Shown: positions 20,701 to 28,570 of the stretch, piece by piece
Layout of the letters: each line of letters begins with the position of its first letter
Position numbering within the stretch: position 1 is the first letter of the stretch
NCBI GenBank assembly: GCA_905178155.1
Contig: CAJINV010000023.1
Location: forward strand, 660,659 to 689,228
Source of the DNA: Amoebophrya sp. A120
Taxonomy: Eukaryota > Protista > Dinoflagellata
Direction of reading: 5' to 3'
Length of the DNA: 28,570 bases
The notes under the pieces: model-generated
Database searches by the model: none
Seen by the model: the letters and a program-made list of their open reading frames with translations, nothing else
What the model was told of the DNA's origin: nothing
Program-made: the position numbers and the translations under genes

Positions 20701-23086
20701 ACGTTGCGCAAGTGATAGTATAAGTAGTAATAGTTAGTTCCACCGGTGGACATATTAGCATGCTTAATCTCTCTCTAAATAGTGCAAACACGTAGTTCTC
20801 TTTTATTTTCTTTCTTCATAAAGTTCAAGTCGTTCTCTTCCCTGTGCTGTACCAAGGTCTTGTTTCCAGACAAAACACCAGACATTTTTACATTTGATAG
20901 GAAAAGCCCGCCAGGCACCGGTGGTCTCGGTCGTGCGCCTCGGAAATGTGTTTGGCAGCAGTGGGCTATCAGAATCAAAAATCCCCCCTCCCCATATCAA
21001 AACGAAGTTTCTAATGCTGGATTTGCGTACACAAATCAGATTTGTCTTGCTGGCGAGGACTACAGGCCCATATCAAGCCGGAGTACTTGAGAGGTTTTGG
21101 CCTAGGCGCTTATCATGACAGACGTCGATGCTGTAGGAGCAACAGCATGACGAACTGCCTGTAGCATGTGGCGGAGCCTGTGGAGTTGCCTTCATGCAAC
21201 ACAGAGACGATTTGTGGTCACAAATCACCAACAAAAATTTTTTCCAATAATATACCTTGTCCATATGGGGAGGGGGGAACGTTCCTCGCAATATGGGTCG
21301 GTGGTTCCCCTCTTTTTGCAGCAGGCGCAGCTGAGTGGGACGGTGACCGTGACCGACGAGAACATGTATCAAATGCACATATCCCTGGATGTTTGGAAGA
21401 TTGCCAGTTTTGTCATGCATATTTTGCATAACCCATGATGCCTGTAATGCATGTCCGAGCATTATAGATTTTTAAAGGGCCCTCTGATGCGTATTCCGCA
21501 TAAGAAACGCGCACTCTGCGTAGCACAAACTGAACTCCTCTTGCTGGTCATGCAAAAATACTTACAGACTTTTTTCACCTTCCAAAGACAGCATCACACG
21601 TTGCAACCTTCCAGATTTCCAGGGATATTTGCATTTGATAACATGACGCGTTTTACAATGGCTCTGGACGAGAGCGTTGGCTTCGTGGTGAATTGCATCA
21701 ACATGATGCCTATCAACTGCAACTATCGATCTGGATGTCTGGAAGGTCGCAAGACTTGTCATTGATGTTCTTTTGTATGACCACCCATGATTGTCTGTGA
21801 TGCATCACCTAGCAGTGGTTCACAGATTTTTTTTAGAGTCCGTCCTTATGCCTAATCCGCATGAGAGATAATGCCCTCGTCTCTGTGTAGCAGGAGAAAC
21901 TAGGTTCCTCTTGCTAGTCATGCAATTTACGGATTTTTTTTTTAGGATCCAAAGACAGCGTCACAAGTTGCAACCTTCCAGAATTCCAGGGCTAACATTT
22001 GCATTTGATAGTGCGCGGCGGTGAGATTTTCGTACCCAAGTTGAGTACGTATCGCCTGGGCACTCTGGTGGATGTTTTTGCAAGTGAAAACATAGCCGTA
22101 AGCACGGTGGGCGCGCGACCAGGGGAGCGAATTCACGAAGTGATGGTTCCTATCCTGTGCAAAAGTATCGTACTCGTATAAATGCATGACAAATTTTCTC
22201 AGCATGAGAAATGAAATTTGTAATGCGGATTTACCTTCAAAAAAAGATTTGTAATGCATGTTTGCAATTACTACGAGTACGATACTTTTGCACAGGATAG
22301 TTCCGCAGGATGAAGCAGTGAACGCGCTCGAGTTCGACTATCAAGTGCAAATATGATTGGGTCTGGAAGAGTGCAAGTTTGTCATGCTTGTCTGGCATGA
22401 CTCTTAAATCTCTCATGCACATTATCCAAGAGCTCCATTTTGTTGTCATGCAGAAACGCAGTTTGTCATGCAGAATAGGCAACACCCAGAAGCTCAGAAG
22501 CTTGTCGTCCTGAGCCAGCACTTGTGGCCTCCTCATGATACGCCACCCTGCATCACAAGTTGCCAGGCCCAGACATATTTGCATTTCATATCGACGACCA
22601 CTTTGTCATTTGTCCCGACGGCCCTTGGTGGGATGCGGAGCGGAAATTCTACAAGGAGAGCAAGCAGGGGAAGCACGTTGGGCGCAACTTTGTCTACTCG
22701 AGCAACGGCGATGAGAGTGGGCCCTCTTATCATTTGTAAAAACGTCCCCATCCCAGAGTCAAGATGGGGATTTTGCAACACAAACCTTAAAGTCTTGGGA
22801 GCCACGCATGACAAGTTTCAGTCTGTAATGTAAAACTGCAGTTTAGCAAGGGAAACCGCATAACAAATCCATCTCCTTATCCTGTTCACGGCATTACAAG
22901 TTCCAAAACACAATGGGCAATGGCTCTCATGGGGATGCGCATTACAAATGCTCTTGTGCTTGCAGATCTGCATGACAACTCTGGGGTGAGGACGTTTATT
23001 TTACACGGGATACTTCTAGCACGTTCGTTAGCAAAGAGGATCTCCAAGGGCTTTTAGCGGACGTGCTCGACCGAGCCGAAAACTGA
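17722..23086 (+). CDS. pseB: PseB/FlaA1-like UDP-N-acetylglucosamine 4,6-dehydratase (extended SDR, Polysacc_synt_2); 14 exons split by 13 introners; 357 aa
   Basis: Spliced ORF of 1074 nt from ATG17722 to TGA23086. Motifs VLITGATGSFG, SRDELKQ, GDIRD, HGAALKQVP, NPFEAIKTNVLGA, ALSTDNA..P..LYGATK, VRLGNVFGSSGSVVPLF, MTRF, GGEIFVPK, RPGERIHEVM and YSSN. Confidence 0.88.
17821..18072. mobile_element. Introner/MITE family E
   Basis: TIR TATAACCCGCTCAGGTGTTACAATCTCAA; TSD ACCTT. Confidence 0.9.
18178..18529. mobile_element. Introner/MITE family C (diverged; left end starts TAG)
   Basis: TAGCCTATGTAAAAAC...GTTTTTCCTCAGGATA; TSD GAGAG. Confidence 0.85.
18546..18695. mobile_element. Introner/MITE family F
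   Basis: F-type TIRs; TSD TGAAG/TGGAG. Confidence 0.88.
18871..19109. mobile_element. Introner/MITE family D (diverged)
   Basis: TATGCAAGAAAAAAA...TTTTTTTCTTGGATA; TSD GCGGC/GCGGT. Confidence 0.85.
19134..19698. mobile_element. Introner family C with a nested insertion of about 260 bp
   Basis: C-type TIRs; TSD AAAAG; internal 18-bp duplication flanking foreign DNA. Confidence 0.88.
19749..20067. mobile_element. Introner/MITE family A
   Basis: A-type TIRs; TSD GTCTG. Confidence 0.9.
20138..20899. mobile_element. Long (762 bp) introner with family B TIRs and an unrelated interior
   Basis: TATCAAATGTAAAAATGGCTGG...CCAGACATTTTTACATTTGATA; TSD GGAAA. Confidence 0.88.
20967..21293. mobile_element. 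Introner/MITE family A
   Basis: A-type TIRs; TSD TGGGC/TGGGT. Confidence 0.88.
21367..21640. mobile_element. Introner/MITE family B variant
   Basis: TIR TATCAAATGCACATATCCCTGGA; TSD ACATG. Confidence 0.9.
21711..22010. mobile_element. Introner/MITE family B variant (diverged)
   Basis: B-type TIRs; TSD ATGCC/GTGCG. Confidence 0.85.
22151..22299. mobile_element. Introner/MITE family F
   Basis: Perfect TIR TATCCTGTGCAAAAGTATCGTACTCGTA; TSD GTTCC. Confidence 0.92.
22339..22590. mobile_element. Introner/MITE family B
   Basis: B-type TIRs; TSD TCGAC. Confidence 0.9.
22728..23012. mobile_element. Introner/MITE family C
   Basis: C-type TIRs; TSD CCTCT/CTTCT. Confidence 0.87.
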
Positions 23087-23601
23087 TCAGGCTGTCCTGT
23101 GCTGTCAGGCTGCAGTCATGGAGTAGTACTAAGTTGTTGTGCTGAGTGTACTAGTTTTTGATTTTGTTACAACTACATGGGGGAACAAAACAAATAAGAA
23201 CAGTGGAACAAGAAAAAACAAATAGGATTTTTTACTTCTTTCGCGCCGTCGTGGGTTTTTTTTTGTTGATAAAAAAGAACCTCACCACGACGAGCAGCAG
23301 GATCTCGGTAGAATATTAGTACTGAGATGACTATTAGTCGTGCAGTAAACAAGAAAAAGAAAATCACTTTTTTTGATATACCATTTGCTACTTGCAACTG
23401 CCCATCTACTGGCTACTTACTCGTCGTCGTCGTCCTGCGATAAAGCTGATTGAAAATACCAATAAAACTAGTCAAGCAAGAGCCTTACTATGGGACGATG
23501 CATTTGTAGTTTTATTATTTTTCGCTGGAGGAGTTTTTCAAATGGTGATGCTGTTGTCACAAATTAAGTATTCTGAAATCGTCATCAACTGCGTGCTCAC
23601 G

Positions 23602-23856
23602 TATCAAATGCAAATATGTCTGGGTCTGGAAATCTGTGATGCTGAATTGAGCATGATTGAAGCGCTTGCAATGGCAGCCAGGCATGACAAGTTTTGGAGA
23701 CGCCTGCGAATGCCTACCACGCATCACAAATTGCAGCGTTTTTGCATGACAAAACAAGCTTCTCTTTTGCTGCTCATGCAACACAGATTTTCCAGGAATG
23801 CAAGACACGCATCACAAGTTCCACTGTTACAGACCCAGACATATTTGCATTTGATA
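23602..23856. mobile_element. Family B element outside the four reconstructed genes
   Basis: TIR TATCAAATGCAAATATGTCTGGGTCTG; TSD TCACG/TAACG. Confidence 0.88.
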
Positions 23857-24412
23857 TAACGAGTCAACTGACCATTTTACTGGCTGCTCGGACCACTGCG
23901 AGGACAACTGGAAGTGAAAGTGAAGCCAAAGTGCTGCTGTCCACAGTAAAAACAAGTAAAGCTGCTTCCAGACGAGAGCTGTGCGGCCTCTTTGAATGCT
24001 ATAGCTCCACGACCGGCTCTGGAAATATTAACTTGTTGTGTTGTTGACTGTAAGTACACTCACATTTTATTTCATCCAGAGTAGCAGCTTATTCCATATC
24101 AACAGCACGCTCAGGCATGATGACAGGGCGTCACAAATTTTTCGAGGTAGCTTACTGCAGATTCATTCGCGGCCATCAAAAGCATAATTTAAAATATTCT
24201 TTACTAGGTGGCTTCTTCCAGCAGGTCAACAAGGTCGTGTAGGCGACTACTAGTGTACGACCAGTAGCTACCACCACAGTTAATACAATCCGAAGGCGAA
24301 GTCTGGTAGCTTTTCCGGACAAGTTGAATTCGCCCATGCTATGGCAAGCATGCGAAAAATGCTTTGAAAAAGGGCACCGAACAAGAAGTCGCGGTTCTTG
24401 CTGCTCGACAGG

Positions 24413-27400
24413 ATGGGACCACAGCGGCAGCCTTTTTTTTCGCATCCCTCCGGGCGAACAAGCCGGTTATCTTCGTGCTGCCCGTATCCTGAGTAAAAAC
24501 GTCCCCACACCAGAGTCAGGATGGGGATTTTGCAACACAAACCTAGGAGTTTTGGGAGTCACGCATGACAAATTGCACTCCGCAGTGTAGTGCTGGTTAG
24601 CGAGTGCAGCCGCATCACAGATTCATCTGCTCATCCTGTTCACAGCATCACAAATACCAAAACACGACTGTACATGGCTCTCATGGGGATGCGCATTACA
24701 AGTCTTCCTGTCTTTGCAAATCTGCATTACAACTCTGGTGTGGGTACGTTTTTACTCAGGATAGCCCGTTGTGTAGCTTTATCGGGGTGGCGATTTTCGT
24801 CAGCGTTCTGCAGTATCGCGTGCACCAACGCAGTGGCGGGAAGCTCGCGCCCTGCGGCGTTCGTCGTGCCGTGGTGACGGGCGGCGGGGCGCCAGGTGGT
24901 GCTAGTGGTCCAGGGCAACTGCAACAGGAAGTACGCACTCAGCGAGATTATCATGCCGTCCAAGAACAAGCTATCAAATGCAAAAATGTCTGGGTCTGGA
25001 AGAGTGCCAGACTTGTCATGCTTGTCTGGCATGACTCGAGAAGCTGTGTTGCATAGACACGAAAAGGCCCTCTTCCCCTGTCATGCAAAAACGCAGTTTG
25101 CCATGCGGAATACGCAAGACATGGGAGCGAAAAAATTTGTCATGCATAGCTGCGTATTGCAGTGCGTCTACCATTCACTTTTAGCATTACAAGTTTCCAG
25201 AATTAGACGTATTTGCCATGCATACAGGCTGCTCTCGTACAACAACCAGCCGAGACCAGTGGAACTACGAGGACCCCGTATCAAAAGGAAAAATCCCCCC
25301 TCTCCATATCGAGATGGAAATCTGTGATGCGGGATTTGTGTACACAAATCGGCTTTGTCTTGCAGTAGATAGAAGACTGCAGGCAGATACAAAGCCCGAT
25401 ATTAAACACACTCTGATAATATAACCACGTAGCAAAGCACCCATATCCTCCGTAGAAGGCCATACAGCATATACAAATTGCCTGCAGAACGCGGCGGGGT
25501 TTTTGGAAGATTTGCATTCTTGCAATACAGAGAACAAGATTTGTGGTCTCCAAGCAGCATCGCAAATTTTCCGAAGTGTAGTCCCGTTTTGGTCTGGGGA
25601 GGGGGGATCGGGATTTTTCCCCGCAATATTACCCCAGCTGCAGCGTCCTCGACGAGCGCCGCAGGAGGAGCCCTCGATCACAAGCGATGTGAGCTCGGTG
25701 AGCAGACCCTTTGGGATCCCTTCCGCGGAGCACCTGGTGAAGGGGGAGGTAGTAGTAGTGGTGCAGCCGGAGGCACTGTGCTCGGACGTCCTCTTGCCGC
25801 AAGAAGCCTGCTACCCGAGTTTTTGCAGGTGTACGGGCGGCGACCGGGCGGGCAAAACGCGGGCGGGGGTGGGATATTCCACCATTTTGCGCTGTGGGTG
25901 ATTGTGAAAGCCCTGAAGCCGACGCATGTGATCGAGTCCGGTTGCCACACCGGCGTCGGCAGCTGGGTGTTACGGCAAGCCGCCGGTGCAGACGCCCACT
26001 TCACCTGCGTGAGCCCGGAGCAGCCCTCCACCTACGTGGACAAGATGGGTCCGGAGAAATATGAAAAGGAAAAATCCCCCCTCACCATATCAAAACGAAG
26101 TTTCTGATGCTGGATTTACGTACACAAATCAGGTTTGTCTTGCTGGAAAGGACTGCAGACCCATATCAAGCCTGAGTAGAGAGGCTTTGGCCTAGGCGCT
26201 TAGCATGAGAAACGTCTATGCTGTAGGCCCAGCGGCATCACAAACCGCCTGCATAATGCGGCAGAGCCTGTGGAGTTGTCTTCTTGCAAGACAGACGTGA
26301 TTTGTGGTCTCAAATCAGCAAGACAAATTTTCGGAAACATACCTTTTCGATATGGGGAGGGGGGATTTTTCCTCTCAATAAGAAAAGCAAATACTTCACG
26401 GGCGCCAATTTCAAAGACTTCACGAAAATTGACTGGACCGGTTGGCTATGGATTGCAAAAGTGTCTGGGTCTGGAAGATTGTAACTTGTCATGGTAAATC
26501 TGAAGCATGCAAAAATCTGTGTTGCATGAATGCCAAAAGCTGTCCACTATAGATCAAGTTGGAAGGAAGTTTCTCATGCAGAATAGGCATGGCAGAGACC
26601 TCGCAGAGTCTGTCATGCTAAGCCCCGCATTCCAGACCTCATGGGTCATGGAAAATCTGCATGACAAGTCTACAATCTTCCAGACCCAGACATTTTTACA
26701 TTTGATATTGGCCCAAGGAGACGACTCTGCTTTTTTTCGATGACCATCAGGCCTGCGTGCGCCGGGTGGAGGAGGCGCAGGACCGCGGGTTCCGCCATCT
26801 GGTATCAACTGCAAATATCCCTGGATGTCTGGGAGGTGATTGCGAGATTTGTCATGCTAGTTCGGCATGACTCTGAACTCTGTATTGCGTGGCCGCGAAG
26901 ACGAACTCCTCTTATCTGTCATGCAAGAACGCAGTTTCTCAGGGGAGTACGCAACTCAGAACCACGGAAAAACTTGTCAGCATGCTGGGCAGCGCATACA
27001 AAATTACATGGCGCTCACTAACTATTCCCTTTCTTGCATCACAAGTTCTTTCCAGACATCTAGACATATTTGCAATGCATATCTGGTCTTCGATGACAAC
27101 TACGTGCCCGGACACGGCGACAACATGTCCCTAAAGCGAATCTGCCAGAAGGACATGTACCCCGCCCTGCGGTTTCCCATGGTGTTTTCCGATAACTTCA
27201 ACCGAAAAAAGCGGCCTTTGTCGGACGAGGAATTCGGAACCTACTATCAAAAGGAAAAATCCTCCCACCCCATACTCAAACTAGAAATTTGTGATGCAGA
27301 TTTGTGGTCACAAATCAGCTTTGTCGTGCTAGAACGGAAAAGATGCGGACTATAGTTCTGGTTTGCGTGGGAAAGCGTTGCATCTTCAGCATGACAGGAG

Positions 27401-28217
27401 GCAGCTGGAAGTGGGAAACAGCATTACAAATTGCCTACAAACGAGGCCACAGTTGTGTCTCTTGGCCTTCTAGCATTACAAGCCGATTTGTGTACTCAAA
27501 TACAGCATCACAAATCTCGTTTTCGATATGGGGAGGGGGGATTTTTCCTTTTGATACCTACGAGAAAGTGTTTGCGGAAAAACTGCGCGTGTACGCAGAG
27601 TTTCCCCCGGTGTGGGCAGGCCCGAACCGCTTCAAACTTTCGGATGAGGTGTGGAAGCAAATCTCGCTGCCGCCCCTGCTGTCCGAAAACGAAATTCCGC
27701 CCACTATCCTGAGTAAAAACGTCCCCACACCAGGGTTGTAATGCAGATTTGCAAAGACAGGAAGACTTGTAATGCGCATCCCCATGAGAGCCATTTCCAC
27801 TCGTGTTTTGGAATTTGTGATGTTGTGAAAGAACAGGATGAGCAGATGAATCTGTGACGCGGCTGCACTTGCTAACCTGCACTACACTGCAGAGTGCAAC
27901 TTGTCACGCGTGACTCACAAAACTCCTAGGTTTGTGTTGCAAAATCCCCATCCTGACTCTGGTGTGGGTACGTTTTTACTCAGGATACCCACCCTCGACG
28001 CGACCGCACGAAGGAAAGAGGCCGAGCGGTACACGCACATTGTGTATGCAGAGTTGAAGCCGAAGCCGACGAGTTCTGGGGACGCGACAGCTGTCGTTGC
28101 AGCGCCGCCTGCTTCACCACCGCTGCAGCGAAACGAGGAGGTCGCAGAAACGGAGAAGGTCCGGGCCCTGAATCAGGTGGCGACCGAAGTGAAGGAGGTC
28201 CCGCACCTGCAAGTGGT
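24413..28217 (+). CDS. Type II membrane protein with a class I SAM-methyltransferase-like fold; at least 9 exons; at least 475 aa; 3' end lies beyond the interpretable sequence
   Basis: Spliced ORF from ATG24413. TM segment LCSFIGVAIFVSVL, then EFLQVYGRRP...GGGGIFHHFALW..VKALKPTHVIESGCHTGVGSWVLRQA (SAM motif I-like), YFTGANFKDFTKIDW, LLFFDDHQ, GFRHLVFDDNY..GHGD and YAEFPPVW. No stop before the element at 28218. Confidence 0.75.
24485..24763. mobile_element. Introner/MITE family C
   Basis: C-type TIRs; TSD GCCCG; near-identical reverse complement of 2416-2694. Confidence 0.92.
24972..25224. mobile_element. Introner/MITE family B
   Basis: B-type TIRs; TSD CAAGC/CAGGC. Confidence 0.88.
25279..25628. 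mobile_element. Introner/MITE family A
   Basis: A-type TIRs; TSD CCCCG/CCCCA offset by a 3-nt spacer (TTA). Confidence 0.87.
26060..26380. mobile_element. Introner/MITE family A
   Basis: A-type TIRs; TSD AGAAA. Confidence 0.9.
26447..26707. mobile_element. Introner/MITE family B
   Basis: B-type TIRs; TSD TTGGC. Confidence 0.9.
26803..27081. mobile_element. Introner/MITE family B variant
   Basis: B-type TIRs; TSD TCTGG. Confidence 0.88.
27245..27556. mobile_element. Introner/MITE family A
   Basis: A-type TIRs; TSD CCTAC. Confidence 0.9.
27705..27987. mobile_element. Introner/MITE family C
   Basis: C-type TIRs; TSD CCCAC; near-identical to 2416-2694. Confidence 0.92.
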
Positions 28218-28370
28218 TATCAAATACAAAAGTGTCTGGGTCTGGAAGACTGTAAACTTGTCATGCTAAATCTGAATAATGTAAAAATAAAAAATCTGTG
28301 TTGCGTGATTACCAAAAGCTGTCCACTTTTGACCTCATCGAGAGGCAGTCTATCATGCAGGATAGGCATG
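28218..28370. mobile_element. Left part of a family B introner, interrupted by unrelated sequence
   Basis: Left TIR after GTGGT; colinear with the 26447 element up to ATAGGCATG (28370), then diverges; no right TIR in the window. Confidence 0.8.
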
Positions 28371-28385
28371 ATCTGGTAACCAAAT

Positions 28386-28423
28386 GCGTGCGCGCGCGCG
28401 CGCAGAGCGCGCGCTCTGCGCGC
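28386..28423. repeat. (CG)n tract overlapping a perfect 26-bp palindrome
   Basis: GCGCGCAGAGCGCGCGCTCTGCGCGC at 28398-28423, preceded by alternating purine/pyrimidine. Confidence 0.75.
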
Positions 28424-28570
28424 TTGCGATATTGCTTAGCAAACGCAGCGCGAAGGCAGTTGCCGTTACCATATAGGGCAACCGCCGGGAGGCGTGAAGG
28501 TCAGGGAAATGGCCAGAAATGAAGCGGGAGAAGGGAAAAAAAGCGGACCAGATGGGAAAATGGCCAGGAG

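Noticed and set aside
20138-20899. Transposase gene within the long element or elsewhere in the window
   Set aside because: No sufficiently long ORF or recognisable DDE motif. The TA..TA ends with a 5-bp TSD could not be assigned to a superfamily from sequence alone
698-23086. Genes interpreted as transposon-riddled pseudogenes
   Set aside because: No stops or frameshifts remain after element removal, even around old diverged elements, and most catalytic motifs are preserved
17722-23086. Bacterial origin of the contig, suggested by the pseB and CE4 genes
   Set aside because: The genes need precise removal of many inserts, have long low-complexity regions and type II membrane anchors, and are separated by about 1 kb spacers. 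This is a eukaryotic organisation
654-28522. Dozens of 60-180 aa ORFs with recurring peptides (WGGGIFP, CKNVWVWK, GVGTFLLRI)
   Set aside because: They are translations of the repeated TIRs and element interiors on both strands, not a protein family

Overview
Eukaryotic genomic DNA. About 60% of the window (about 17 kb) is 60 short non-autonomous, MITE-like elements in 7 families (A-G, mostly 200-350 bp). They have TAT...ATA terminal inverted repeats (TIRs) and are flanked by a 5-nt direct repeat (target-site duplication, TSD). 58 of the 60 sit inside coding sequence. Deleting each element plus one TSD copy by hand rebuilds four intact, co-oriented (+ strand) genes with no GT-AG introns. These are a METTL24/Methyltransf_22-like type II membrane methyltransferase (698-7340, 415 aa), a CE4/NodB polysaccharide deacetylase fused to a formyltransferase-like module (8285-16704, about 1170 aa), a PseB/FlaA1-like UDP-GlcNAc 4,6-dehydratase (17722-23086, 357 aa) and a second membrane-anchored SAM-methyltransferase-fold protein (24413 onward, running off the window). 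The elements therefore behave as non-canonical, transposon-derived introns (introners). They resemble those known from the parasitic dinoflagellate relative Amoebophrya; the taxon is inferred, not proven. Almost all ORFs in the supplied track are artefacts of these elements. All splicing was reconstructed manually, without RNA evidence.
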